This document shows positions 34,556 through 43,052 of a DNA stretch of 43,206 nucleotides, one piece after another. Where the stretch lies: UHGV virus genome UHGV-1355782. One strand, written 5' to 3'. The translations under genes were made by a program, and so were the position numbers. How positions within the stretch are numbered: position 1 is the first letter of the stretch; every line of letters starts with the position of its first letter. The DNA is from a virus. Below the pieces are notes generated by a model that was given only the letters and a program-made list of their open reading frames with translations, did no database searches and was not told the origin of the DNA.

Positions 34556-36819
34556 TCCAAATCCTCCTCTGTCACTGTCAACATTTCATTCGGTTCGTAT
34601 ATTGTCTTCGGAATCTTGTTATCAGTTATTCGGGTGTTCAGCCTGTAACGACCAGGGATTATCTGATTGTTTTCGTCAGTACCCGGAACAAGATACCCGG
34701 CCTCAACCATTTTCTTAATCTTCCCGCGTTCTATAGCTTCTTTGGAGTTAAACGCCTTCGCGTTGGGGTCAGACTGCGCGAGCTTATTCGCTGCAGCTAC
34801 CGTGATGCCTTCGTTGCCGCTGTAGGTTCCTTCTGCCAGCTCAAACGCTGCCAGTATCGTGGCCTCCGAACTGTTGACGGCGTTCTCTACGGTTTTACGT
34901 ACGTTTTCTTTACCTTCCTTTGTCAGCCCTTCTTCCCGCTCTTTCTCCTCGTCAGTCTTGAACGGCTCGAAGCCCCACGGCATCAGCACAAGCGCCTTGT
35001 GCGGCTCAGGCAGGTCGAGGTTTACGATTGTGCCGTATTCCTCTGTGCTACCGATGAACTCAACCGCACGGTACTCTTTCGGCGGCGGTGCTTCACGGAA
35101 CTGTACCGACTCCAGCACCATGCCAACCGTCTTCTGTTGAGGCCCGTGCTTAAATTTAGAGTGATATACGTTTATCTGGCGGTCGGTTGCGCGTTCAATT
35201 GTCAGTTCCACGTCGACACCAGCATACAGCGCCCCACTGCCACGGGCTTTCTTTCCGCCTTTCGGCGTATGATGGACAACGCCTACCGCGGCTTTAGTCG
35301 CGTCACGCACTTCTTTAAGGATGGCGATAACTTTACCCATGCCGATTGCCGTTGATGAACTGTTCTCGTCGAACTTATCAATCGTCAGGGCCAGCGTCTG
35401 GTTTAGTGTGTCGAACGCGACCATGCCAATAGGTTCATCTCCCGCGGTTTCGCGCATTAGCTTAATCAGGCTCTTCAGTTTGCCGACCTCACCCATATCG
35501 ATGACGTGTACATAATCTTTACCTTCCACGCCGTATTTAGCCGCTAGTGCGTCGATACGGGTGCGCGTAGCGGCACCACCCTCACCGTCGATATAGAAGT
35601 GGTGGCAACGCTGGGTATCAGCCCCTGCGAACCGGTATCCCGCCGCGCTAAGGTACATCATACCCAGCGTATAGAACGATTTGTACGTGCCTGATTCCCC
35701 GACAATATCCCATATACAATCCGACGGCATGTACCCTTCAACGACGAAATCAGCCTTTACCGGTTCCGGTAACTCGTCCTCCTCTGAGTCATCCTCGTCT
35801 TCCAGGTCGTCAAGGCTGCATGAAACAGATTCACGCGCGCCCCACCCTATAGCCTCAGCCACTTCACTGAACGGCAGCCCGGTCGCATCACACGCGTATT
35901 TCCACACCTCTTTCGGTGACATGCCTTCGGTTGCCGTAATGTCGGTGTCGTGAATCATGGTTACGTTCGGCGCTTCGTACCCTTCACGCGGGAAACACAG
36001 CAGGAAGTCATCCGGGCGCGGCGTAGGGTCGCTGTAGTTCTCTGCGTGTTCCGGTGTAGCTGGCATCTTAAGGCCGCGCGGCGTCATGACGCCGCCGTAC
36101 TCAAACGCCAGCGCTTCGAACGCGTCTGTAAACGCTGTGCGCAGTTCTTCCGGTATCTGGTAATCCGATGCGCTGCTAACGTCAACGGCGGTGGCGCCTT
36201 CCAGTAATTCGTCCGGGTCAATCAGGTCGTTGCGGCGCGACCAGATAACCTGAGAGCCAACCGGTGGTAGGTACATCGGCTGCGACAGAGTAAACCCGCT
36301 GCGGTCCGCACCCATGCCTTTGAAGAAGTGTTCCAGCAATCCGTGGCGAACACGGATGATATCACCACCCTCAACCGGGCGGGCCAGCGGCATAACGACG
36401 CGAAAGCGCGGCGACTCATCGGTATGTGATGCCGTGGTGTAGAGACACATCGCCCGGCGGCTGCGATTAACCTGGCGCACCGCTTCCTGGTACTCTTCCG
36501 GTGTTGCACTGTCGAAGTCCAGATACGCCAGCGACGATTTGCTCACAGACGCGTCACAGCGATAGAAGAAGCCTTTACGCGCTTGTTTAAAGCCACCGGT
36601 TTCCGGGTCTTTTACGGTGCTGTGTGTAGAATCGCACGCGGCCGTGATATAACCGGCCGCAGTCTTGGGGTTAATCCCGTCACGAACGGCATCGAGCGGC
36701 TTGATTAGCTCTTTCAGGTCGTCCAGTGTTGCCGTGTGTGTGGTTCTGACGTTTATATCCTTTTTCTCTGCTCGCGCGTTGCGGCGTGACCACGAGTAGG
36801 ATAAAATTACATCGGACAT
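34552..36819 (-). CDS. primase-helicase (N-terminal primase-like region, C-terminal P-loop ATPase)
   Basis: 755 aa; Walker A GESGTYKS; RBS GAAGGAA; C-terminus ...VTEEDLE shared with exonuclease. Confidence 0.6.
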   Translation of the reverse strand: MSDVILSYSWSRRNARAEKKDINVRTTHTATLDDLKELIKPLDAVRDGINPKTAAGYITAACDSTHSTVKDPETGGFKQARKGFFYRCDASVSKSSLAYLDFDSATPEEYQEAVRQVNRSRRAMCLYTTASHTDESPRFRVVMPLARPVEGGDIIRVRHGLLEHFFKGMGADRSGFTLSQPMYLPPVGSQVIWSRRNDLIDPDELLEGATAVDVSSASDYQIPEELRTAFTDAFEALAFEYGGVMTPRGLKMPATPEHAENYSDPTPRPDDFLLCFPREGYEAPNVTMIHDTDITATEGMSPKEVWKYACDATGLPFSEVAEAIGWGARESVSCSLDDLEDEDDSEEDELPEPVKADFVVEGYMPSDCIWDIVGESGTYKSFYTLGMMYLSAAGYRFAGADTQRCHHFYIDGEGGAATRTRIDALAAKYGVEGKDYVHVIDMGEVGKLKSLIKLMRETAGDEPIGMVAFDTLNQTLALTIDKFDENSSSTAIGMGKVIAILKEVRDATKAAVGVVHHTPKGGKKARGSGALYAGVDVELTIERATDRQINVYHSKFKHGPQQKTVGMVLESVQFREAPPPKEYRAVEFIGSTEEYGTIVNLDLPEPHKALVLMPWGFEPFKTDEEKEREEGLTKEGKENVRKTVENAVNSSEATILAAFELAEGTYSGNEGITVAAANKLAQSDPNAKAFNSKEAIERGKIKKMVEAGYLVPGTDENNQIIPGRYRLNTRITDNKIPKTIYEPNEMLTVTEEDLE

Positions 36820-36877
36820 GTTGTATATTCCTTCAGCAAGTAATTTGGCCTCGGCGCTCTAACGTCGGGGCTTTCTT

Positions 36878-37168
36878 TTATCTTTTAGCCAGACATTCCA
36901 TCAAATGTGCGTACTTACGATAATAATCTGCGACAATCTCATCACCGAAATACTGATAAACGTAGGATAGGTGGTCGGAGACATCGATGGAAGCCGACAT
37001 TGTGCTGAGTCTTCGGAGACTAATCAACTGCAATTCTTCTGTAACGCAAAACGGCAAATATGAGTCCAGTTTACAGGAAACGTTGAAACACAACGCGTAT
37101 TCACCTTGCACTAAATAAACCATATAAGCATTGTCGTTCTCTTTATCGTGGAAAATTACACCTTTCAT
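36878..37168 (-). CDS. hypothetical protein (96 aa)
   Basis: RBS AAGGAG; ATGA coupling to upstream HTH gene. Confidence 0.5.
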   Translation of the reverse strand: MKGVIFHDKENDNAYMVYLVQGEYALCFNVSCKLDSYLPFCVTEELQLISLRRLSTMSASIDVSDHLSYVYQYFGDEIVADYYRKYAHLMECLAKR

Positions 37169-37333
37169 TTCACGTTCTCCTTAATCCATGCTTCAACTTT
37201 ATTACGGTCAAATGTTCCTGGCATCCGGCGGCCCATTACTTTAACGCTGCAATCAGGAAACTTTCCACTCTTAATCCAGTTATTGATTGTCTGGCGGGTG
37301 ACGCCGATTAATTCTGCAACTTCATTGATAGTC
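37165..37333 (-). CDS. AlpA/excisionase-type HTH DNA-binding protein (putative regulator)
   Basis: MTINEVAELIGVTRQTINNWIKSGKFP helix-turn-helix; start ATG 37333 with RBS AGGAG (ORF track extends to 37425). Confidence 0.6.
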
Positions 37334-37440
37334 ATTTCGCGCTCTCCTGTGTAAGATGTATCGAAGTATAAGGCGGTAACTTTGTAAAAGCAACCAAAAC
37401 ACCACACAAAGTTACTAAGATGCAAAAGATGCTACTAGTA

Positions 37441-37469
37441 TTGACTTTTACTTAAAAATATGCTAAGCT
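37441..37469 (+). promoter_or_regulatory. strong sigma70-type promoter (TTGACT-N17-TGnTAAGCT) driving structured leader RNA copy B
   Basis: -35 TTGACT 37441-37446; extended -10 TG-c-TAAGCT 37461-37469; matches promoter at 6221. Confidence 0.55.
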
Positions 37470-37472
37470 TCA

Positions 37473-37584
37473 CTGAGCTTGTGAGATATCGCAAGCGACC
37501 GCGGAGCGGCAGGGAACGCAACGCGTGCCATTAGGCACTTGAGTGTAGTTCCGCTGACGCTTTCGGAAGGGTCAAAGTCTATTG
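37473..37584 (+). ncRNA. conserved promoter-proximal structured RNA element, copy B
   Basis: non-coding; aligns with 6254-6363 with compensatory hairpin change; followed by GC hairpin GGGGTGGGC-taac-GCCCACCC at 37670-37690. Confidence 0.35.
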
Positions 37585-37749
37585 TTAATCCCGCCTAAAT
37601 ATCCAAGTCACTGATAATTAAAAGTTTCTATAGTTGCCGTGAGCAAGGTAGAGAGTACTTCACTCCGCTGGGGTGGGCTAACGCCCACCCACTGCGTTGC
37701 GTACTCTTTTAAGAAACGAAAGAATCACAACGGCAACGTAACTATTCTC

Positions 37750-37779
37750 TTGCGCACCCCAACCATAATAGGATACTAT
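37750..37779 (+). promoter_or_regulatory. class-1 promoter TTGCGC-N18-TACTAT with palindromic operator (37766-37781)
   Basis: upstream of first rightward small gene. Confidence 0.45.
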
Positions 37780-37813
37780 TCACTTATTGGAACGAGACAG
37801 AGGAGTGAGGGTT

Positions 37814-37996
37814 ATGTTTAAGAAGGGTCAGTTGGTTAAAATTAAAGAGACCAAAGAACTCTCGGTTATATTCGCGTCCCACAAAGAAAATAGATATTAT
37901 TTTGCTGCATCTTTAACAGGATCGTATCTCACCGTTTTATACGCACAGGATATGGAACTCATCGGCAACAATTTTAAATTCAAAGGGGTGAAGTGA
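37814..37996 (+). CDS. hypothetical protein (60 aa)
   Basis: ATG 37814 with RBS AGGAG. Confidence 0.45.
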   Translation: MFKKGQLVKIKETKELSVIFASHKENRYYFAASLTGSYLTVLYAQDMELIGNNFKFKGVK

Positions 37997-38202
37997 TGGA
38001 AGAATTATTTGAAGATCTGAAACATCATAGACTGGAGAAAGTGCATTTCATAACTAACAATTACAAGGTTACTTTATTAGGGGGTTCAACTATTTCTTCC
38101 TGGGCATGTGAAGATTTGCTGAAAGTTTTACGAGCACTACGCACGGCATCTAATCATGATGCTCGTGCCGACGACTCTGATGGAGGTTGCCGTGTTAAGT
38201 AA
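37996..38202 (+). CDS. hypothetical protein (68 aa)
   Basis: start overlaps previous stop; RBS GGGGTGA. Confidence 0.45.
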   Translation: MEELFEDLKHHRLEKVHFITNNYKVTLLGGSTISSWACEDLLKVLRALRTASNHDARADDSDGGCRVK

Positions 38203-38443
38203 ATACCGCATAGTTAGCGAGGAGTGGGTTACCGCCTTCGGTGAGAAACGCATTACGCCCGCGGTACAGGTGCGGGTCGGGTTGTTCTGGTGGGTTACTC
38301 TGACCCGTTGTGAAAGCGTAAAGCAGGCGCGCTACTACATTGAGCATGGTTGCACCAGGCGCGAGAAATCTAAAGTTATCGGAGTTATTAGTTATGAGAG
38401 AAGCATTCGAACGGTGGGCCGTCGTCGAGGGGCTGCCGGTTAA
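38192..38443 (+). CDS. hypothetical protein
   Basis: GTG 38192 preceded by RBS GGAGG; overlaps neighbours in other frames. Confidence 0.35.
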   Translation: MLSKYRIVSEEWVTAFGEKRITPAVQVRVGLFWWVTLTRCESVKQARYYIEHGCTRREKSKVIGVISYERSIRTVGRRRGAAG

Positions 38444-38537
38444 CAAGGGTTCAAAGAAAGAGTACCTGAACGTTAAGACGCGTCTCGCGTGGCGGGCGTG
38501 GAAGGCTGGTGTGTTGTCTGTTGCGAATCCGAGGTGA
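38394..38537 (+). CDS. hypothetical protein (47 aa)
   Basis: ATG 38394 with RBS GGAG; alternative to the 3' part of the overlapping ORF. Confidence 0.3.
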   Translation: MREAFERWAVVEGLPVNKGSKKEYLNVKTRLAWRAWKAGVLSVANPR

Positions 38538-38540
38538 GAT

Positions 38541-38753
38541 ATGGGCGAGTGGATTAAGTGTAGCGAGCGGATGCCGCCTAAAATTACGGGCGTTCTTGTA
38601 GCAACGGAGTTCGGACATAAAGGTGATTGGCGTATGAAGTGGGCTACCTATATTCCGGGGCACCCTGATGCCGATGATGGGTGGTTAATTCCCGGAGCTT
38701 CGTGGAAGCCATCACACTGGATGCCGTTACCAGAGCCGCCATCGCTGGTGTAA
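38541..38753 (+). CDS. DUF551-like phage protein
   Basis: Trp-rich pattern W..CSERMP...W..W...WMPLP typical of small enterophage proteins; RBS GAGGTGA. Confidence 0.5.
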   Translation: MGEWIKCSERMPPKITGVLVATEFGHKGDWRMKWATYIPGHPDADDGWLIPGASWKPSHWMPLPEPPSLV

Positions 38754-38787
38754 CAGGTCAATAGTTTACTATTTGGCTTTGTGACTT

Positions 38788-38816
38788 ACGCTGCTACACA
38801 GCAGCGTATCATTTTT
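38788..38816 (+). terminator. rho-independent terminator
   Basis: ACGCTGCT-acac-AGCAGCGT followed by T-rich ATCATTTTTCTCATTTTT. Confidence 0.6.
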
Positions 38817-38878
38817 CTCATTTTTGTTCTATTTCACCAAACGCAACAATCGAAGCGACTATTGCAGGAGATGCAACA

Positions 38879-39048
38879 ATGAAACTGAATGACATCGTAA
38901 CCTGGACCGGTAGAAACGGAGAAAAGCGATTCGGGCTTATTGTTGAGTCAGACGGCAACAAGTACCGTGTTATGCGATGGCGTCAGTGGGCACGCCGCCC
39001 GAGGTACTACTGGATTCGCAGTGAACGATTATCTTTAAAACACCAATA
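38879..39048 (+). CDS. hypothetical protein (56 aa)
   Basis: RBS GCAGGAG before ATG 38879. Confidence 0.45.
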
Positions 39049-39056
39049 AAATTTAC

Positions 39057-39085
39057 TTGCATGCTAAGATAGAATAGGCTACTAT
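39057..39085 (+). promoter_or_regulatory. class-1 promoter TTGCAT-N17-TACTAT with palindromic operator (39072-39087)
   Basis: fourth copy of the TTGCAY/TACTAT element. Confidence 0.45.
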
Positions 39086-39116
39086 TCATTTACACAAACG
39101 AGAGGAGAGACGGAAG

Positions 39117-39254
39117 ATGGGCGGGTACGGTAGCTGGACTTTAGGCGAACTGGTAGATGCTTACGAAATAATGGGCAGCACTTCGGTGTGCAACGGAGAC
39201 ACTAAATCGCTTCTAGTCGGGGCGGATGAGAAAATGGGTGAAGCTGATGAGTAA
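39117..39254 (+). CDS. hypothetical protein (45 aa)
   Basis: RBS AGGAGAGA before ATG 39117. Confidence 0.35.
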   Translation: MGGYGSWTLGELVDAYEIMGSTSVCNGDTKSLLVGADEKMGEADE

Positions 39255-39579
39255 CAAAAACGAAGTATTCGAGTACCTGATCGACCAGCTACGGCAGCAG
39301 GTAAATAACAGCCGGAGCGAAGACCTGGCGCATGAGGTGCAGTCACTTAAGAATCAGTTACGTGATGCGTCGGCGCAGATTAAGGAGCTGCAACTGGCGC
39401 TGGCCCAAGCTACTGGTGACGTGGAGGCGTACAAACTTATCCGCAAGGGTGCGCTTGGTCACGAGCAATCCGGTTGCCGTAAATGTGGTGTGGCTAAACC
39501 TGAAGAATGCGAGCACGAATGGCAATTTTACGGAGTAGGATTTCCGTGTATGTGCGTTAAATGCGGGTTAAAGAAATGA
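39247..39579 (+). CDS. coiled-coil protein with C-terminal Cys-rich zinc-ribbon-like motif
   Basis: ATG 39247 overlapping previous stop; CRKCG...CEHEW...CMCVKCG. Confidence 0.45.
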   Translation: MSNKNEVFEYLIDQLRQQVNNSRSEDLAHEVQSLKNQLRDASAQIKELQLALAQATGDVEAYKLIRKGALGHEQSGCRKCGVAKPEECEHEWQFYGVGFPCMCVKCGLKK

Positions 39580-39779
39580 CCAGCATCTTATTTATCTGGG
39601 TATTGTCCGCAGGCCAGATGCAACTAGCGGCAGCAGAAACGTTTTACTCAATGGAGGCGTGCCAGTCAGCGGCACGCGCCGCGGAGAACGCGCACTTTCT
39701 GTTTCAGGGTGACAAGCCAAACGATTCAGAGGTACGTGCTATCTGCTCACCTAAGCGACTTGGTAAACAGGAGAAGTGA
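39576..39779 (+). CDS. small secreted/membrane-anchored protein (putative signal peptide)
   Basis: ATGA coupling at 39576-39579; N-terminal hydrophobic segment MTSILFIWVLSAGQMQLAAA. Confidence 0.4.
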   Translation: MTSILFIWVLSAGQMQLAAAETFYSMEACQSAARAAENAHFLFQGDKPNDSEVRAICSPKRLGKQEK

Positions 39780-39781
39780 TT

Positions 39782-40030
39782 ATGATTAAATTATACGCAG
39801 AGCGCGATTTAGAAATGCTCGACATGACTAACAATTACTATTCAAGACATGTGATGGCAATGACCGGAGAAGGGTTAAACAGCAAATCGGCTATCGCCGC
39901 GGAGTTGGCGTATCGCGACTGGATTATTGACGAACAGCAAAAAGAGTTACAGAAATACAAGGACCAGTTCCCGGATTATGTAGAGTGCGCGAACTGTGGG
40001 TCGGTCACACATGTGGAAGGGGTGGAGTGA
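39782..40030 (+). CDS. hypothetical protein (82 aa)
   Basis: ATG 39782 with RBS AGGAGA. Confidence 0.45.
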   Translation: MIKLYAERDLEMLDMTNNYYSRHVMAMTGEGLNSKSAIAAELAYRDWIIDEQQKELQKYKDQFPDYVECANCGSVTHVEGVE

Positions 40031-40335
40031 TGATTGACGCATATATCTATTGGAGCGGGATAGCTTTTAATTTTACCCTTGTCGCTGCGGTTCTTTGGGT
40101 GCTTTGGTGTTGGGTACTGTTCCCCGCCGTAGAAGCGGCCAGCATGGCGCGGTACTACCGAAGAATCGGAAAAGCGCACAGGATTAAAGTACACAACTGG
40201 TTAAGGCTATTCCTCGCTAACTACGAATTGTTTGGGCGCACGTTTACGGCGCAGCGGTGTGCTTACGGCTACTGGGAAGGAGTAGGGCTATGGGAAGTAT
40301 TTCCTGCGGAGGATGAAAATGAGCCTGGCAACTGA
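40030..40335 (+). CDS. hypothetical membrane protein
   Basis: ATG 40030 overlapping previous stop; TM segment IAFNFTLVAAVLWVLWCWVLF. Confidence 0.45.
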   Translation: MIDAYIYWSGIAFNFTLVAAVLWVLWCWVLFPAVEAASMARYYRRIGKAHRIKVHNWLRLFLANYELFGRTFTAQRCAYGYWEGVGLWEVFPAEDENEPGN

Positions 40336-40612
40336 CATCCTGAAGCGAAGCGGCCTTGTGCCGCTGTCGCCGAGAGCTAAAACACGAATATACAAGCGCC
40401 GCCGTAATGCGCTGTACCCCGAGATTCAGGCCAGACGCAAAGCTGTCCGTGCCTGCGGATTCCAGAACGGGAAGGCCGTGAATCTCGGTGAGTTTAAAAC
40501 AAAGGAACGCGCAGCAATCGCTAATCGGCTATTTAAATACTGGAAATCGCTGGGATATGAAGATATTCCGACGAAACCGCAGAGACGACAATACATCTGG
40601 AGACATAAATGA
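40319..40612 (+). CDS. hypothetical basic protein
   Basis: ATG 40319 6 nt after RBS GGAGG; Arg/Lys-rich. Confidence 0.45.
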   Translation: MSLATDILKRSGLVPLSPRAKTRIYKRRRNALYPEIQARRKAVRACGFQNGKAVNLGEFKTKERAAIANRLFKYWKSLGYEDIPTKPQRRQYIWRHK

Positions 40613-41049
40613 CTACTATCGCGTTTGACGGAAAGACGATGGCATGTGACACCCGTGTTGTGAGTGGAAGTAACTATTACAACACAGACACAAAGATATA
40701 TGAGAACGAATTTGTTGTTATCGGGGTGGCTGGTGATGCTGGGGTTGGAATCCTTTTAGTGAAGGACGATAGTATTTTAGTGCCTAAGCATTATGATTTT
40801 GATTTCTCTGCTTTGGTGTGGGTTAAAGACATCGAAACGTTGTGTAAGGTGGAGTTCTACAAATCATGGGATTGTGAGCTTAGTTCGGTTATTCCGATCG
40901 CAGACGGCTTTGCCGCCGTCGGCTCCGGTGCGCCTTATGCGCTAGCGGCTATGGAATGCGGGTATTCTGCACATGGTGGCGTAGCTGTGGCGTCGAAGTT
41001 TAACACTGACACAGGTGGCAAGATTATTACCAAACAACTATTAGGATAA
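40609..41049 (+). CDS. HslV/proteasome beta-subunit-like Ntn-hydrolase peptidase
   Basis: N-terminus MTTIAFDG with Thr after Met as in HslV MTTIVSV; GSGAPYALAAMECG resembles HslV GSGGPYAQAAARAL; recalled family resemblance, not a search. Confidence 0.55.
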   Translation: MTTIAFDGKTMACDTRVVSGSNYYNTDTKIYENEFVVIGVAGDAGVGILLVKDDSILVPKHYDFDFSALVWVKDIETLCKVEFYKSWDCELSSVIPIADGFAAVGSGAPYALAAMECGYSAHGGVAVASKFNTDTGGKIITKQLLG

Positions 41050-41063
41050 ATCCTAACCGTGCT

Positions 41064-41103
41064 ATCCTCCAGTTACTGCATACTTAATACGCACCTGGAG
41101 GAT
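41064..41103 (+). promoter_or_regulatory. inverted repeat sequestering the holin ribosome-binding site
   Basis: ATCCTCCAG (41064-41072) perfectly complementary to CTGGAGGAT (41095-41103), which contains the holin SD GGAGGA. Confidence 0.4.
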
Positions 41104-41108
41104 TCATC

Positions 41109-41417
41109 TTGGATAAATTTACTGAAACAGTGACGGGGTGGCTTCTGGCTGCCGCACTAGCAGGAGGGGTAATCGGGCTACGACAACATAAGTCCGTTAT
41201 TTCTGGCCCTATCGACGGCTTCTGCTTTATCGCAACTGGCTTCACCTGCGCCGTATTTGGCGCACCCCTCGCGGCTCAATGGTTCGGCATTACCGGGGAA
41301 CGCGAGATAGCTGGCCTCGGATTTATCATCGCTGTCCTCTGGATGCCCATCTATTCCCGCCTTTCTGGCATCGTCGCCGGAGAATACATCGCACGTCGAG
41401 GAGGCCCGGATGAATGA
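41109..41417 (+). CDS. holin (putative, three TM segments)
   Basis: TTG start 7 nt after RBS GGAGGA; three hydrophobic segments; charged C-terminus; precedes endolysin. Confidence 0.55.
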   Translation: MDKFTETVTGWLLAAALAGGVIGLRQHKSVISGPIDGFCFIATGFTCAVFGAPLAAQWFGITGEREIAGLGFIIAVLWMPIYSRLSGIVAGEYIARRGGPDE

Positions 41418-41682
41418 GTTATTCTGGTTCGGCGGTATGCTGGCAATCGGAGGCACATCGCTGTTTAATGTTTATCACCCCAGCGTGGACGACGGGCTGT
41501 TCGGTCGGGTGCTCTATATCCTGACAGCTATCGTCTGCGCCGCCGGATGTATCCACCTGTTACAGGGCAGCATGTCACCAACGCTGCCTGAGACATTAAT
41601 CACATTAGTTGCGCTGCGCCAGATTCGCCAGGCGTGGCTGTCATACGGAGGACATAAGCGTGTCTCGAAACATTTCAGATAA
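41410..41682 (+). CDS. second holin-like membrane protein (possible antiholin)
   Basis: RBS GAGGAGG; two TM segments; overlaps holin stop and endolysin start. Confidence 0.4.
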   Translation: MNELFWFGGMLAIGGTSLFNVYHPSVDDGLFGRVLYILTAIVCAAGCIHLLQGSMSPTLPETLITLVALRQIRQAWLSYGGHKRVSKHFR

Positions 41683-42166
41683 TGGATTGCAGTTCAAGAA
41701 AGCGTGGGAGAAGTTTCGCGGAACTGCATACAAAGCCACAAAGAACGAGAAATACTGGACTATAGGCTGGGGCCATACCGGGCCGGATGTGTATGAAGGG
41801 CAGAAGATTACTGAGGGTCAGGGGCTTCTGCTACTGAACCGCGATATGCAGTGGGCTGTGAAAGCAGTCGACGAGGTAGCGCACCCCTCACTGACCCAGG
41901 CCCAGTTTGATGCTGTTGTTGACCTGGTGTTTAACGCAGGAACTGGCGTTATTGCTGCTAATACCGGAACCGGTAAGGCACTACGTAGCGGGGACATCCC
42001 CACCTTACGGCATAAGTTGAGCCAGTTCATCAACCAACGCAACCCGAAAACCGGTAAACTCGAGCCTGTGCTTGGCCTACGCCGTCGCGTAGCCGGACGT
42101 CTGGCACTGTTCGACGGTAAACCATGGCGGGAGGCAGAAGCTATCGGGCGCGCGGTGAAAGGTTGA
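41660..42166 (+). CDS. endolysin, T4-lysozyme-like (GH24) muramidase
   Basis: catalytic-region motif EKFRGTAYKATKNEKYWTIGWGHT; GTG 41660 preceded by RBS GGAGGA (ORF track starts 41609). Confidence 0.8.
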   Translation: MSRNISDNGLQFKKAWEKFRGTAYKATKNEKYWTIGWGHTGPDVYEGQKITEGQGLLLLNRDMQWAVKAVDEVAHPSLTQAQFDAVVDLVFNAGTGVIAANTGTGKALRSGDIPTLRHKLSQFINQRNPKTGKLEPVLGLRRRVAGRLALFDGKPWREAEAIGRAVKG

Positions 42167-42233
42167 CACCTGAGAGTAATCAGACGATACTTAAAATCAC
42201 CTCCTGCTCCATCCCTCTGCTCTCCAGTTTTAT

Positions 42234-42265
42234 CCCGGCCCTGACCCAGCCGGGTATTTTTTTTT
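42234..42265 (+). terminator. rho-independent terminator after lysis genes
   Basis: CCCGGC-loop-GCCGGG followed by a 9-nt T-run. Confidence 0.7.
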
Positions 42266-42287
42266 ATCTATTTTCTGCAATGACTAG

Positions 42288-42316
42288 TTGACTATTACCA
42301 TCGACCCTACTATATT
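42288..42316 (+). promoter_or_regulatory. sigma70-type promoter TTGACT-N17-TATATT
   Basis: good -35/-10 with 17-bp spacer, upstream of the small-ORF run. Confidence 0.45.
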
Positions 42317-42384
42317 TACTCCATCAACAACGAGAACGGAGTAGAGAAGATGAAGCGTTACCAGAGAAAACGGTAGAGCAGTTT

Positions 42385-42546
42385 ATGGAGTACCTTAACG
42401 AGATGGGTCTTTCTGTTTACGGGCCGAGTATGACACCAGAAGGAGAAGAAACAGGCGCACTAATGGATTATGACGTGGATACGGTAGTGGCTCGCTATAA
42501 ATATATAACTAAAGGCACTTTACGTAAGTTTGGGGGTTACGAATGA
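42385..42546 (+). CDS. hypothetical protein (53 aa)
   Basis: ATG 42385; weak RBS; stop overlaps next start. Confidence 0.3.
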   Translation: MEYLNEMGLSVYGPSMTPEGEETGALMDYDVDTVVARYKYITKGTLRKFGGYE

Positions 42547-42692
42547 AAATCACAGATATAGAAGCATTCAAAGACGCACAACTGATGGCACGCATCGCCG
42601 TTAGTAACCTGAGCAACAGCATCCCGGCGGCCGCGTTCTGGTTCGCTGCGATGCAGACACTGAAAGCAGCTTATGCAGGAGAGAAGAAATGA
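42543..42692 (+). CDS. hypothetical protein (49 aa)
   Basis: ATGA coupling; RBS GGGGG. Confidence 0.35.
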   Translation: MKITDIEAFKDAQLMARIAVSNLSNSIPAAAFWFAAMQTLKAAYAGEKK

Positions 42693-42844
42693 GCGAACAA
42701 GGTCCAGTTAGCCAACCATTACGAGTAGGCCGTAAAGTCAGTCACACTCCGTTCCCGACACGTGAGGAACTGATGAAACGCAACAGTTTCCAGGGGCCAG
42801 ACAAGAACAAGTATCTCAATCGCATGTGGGGAGAGAAGAAATGA
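42689..42844 (+). CDS. hypothetical protein (51 aa)
   Basis: ATGA coupling; RBS CAGGAGAGAAGAA, same junction as next gene. Confidence 0.35.
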   Translation: MSEQGPVSQPLRVGRKVSHTPFPTREELMKRNSFQGPDKNKYLNRMWGEKK

Positions 42845-43041
42845 AAAGCAAAATGAAGATGATGGTACGTGCGTACGACAAAGAACTTAAGATATTTACA
42901 GACCTAAAGAACAACAAGCGGATGCGCCGACAGTTAGCGCGAGTAATGGCGATTGAGTGGGGCGACGGCGACTACGATATCGACTGCCAGGATGATGCGG
43001 ATGAGTTCGCCCGTGATGATATTTATTATTTGATTAATTGA
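42841..43041 (+). CDS. hypothetical protein (66 aa)
   Basis: ATGA coupling at 42841-42844; RBS GGGGAGAGAAGAA; ORF track 42826-43041. Confidence 0.45.
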   Translation: MKSKMKMMVRAYDKELKIFTDLKNNKRMRRQLARVMAIEWGDGDYDIDCQDDADEFARDDIYYLIN

Positions 43042-43052
43042 GGCGTAAGCAT

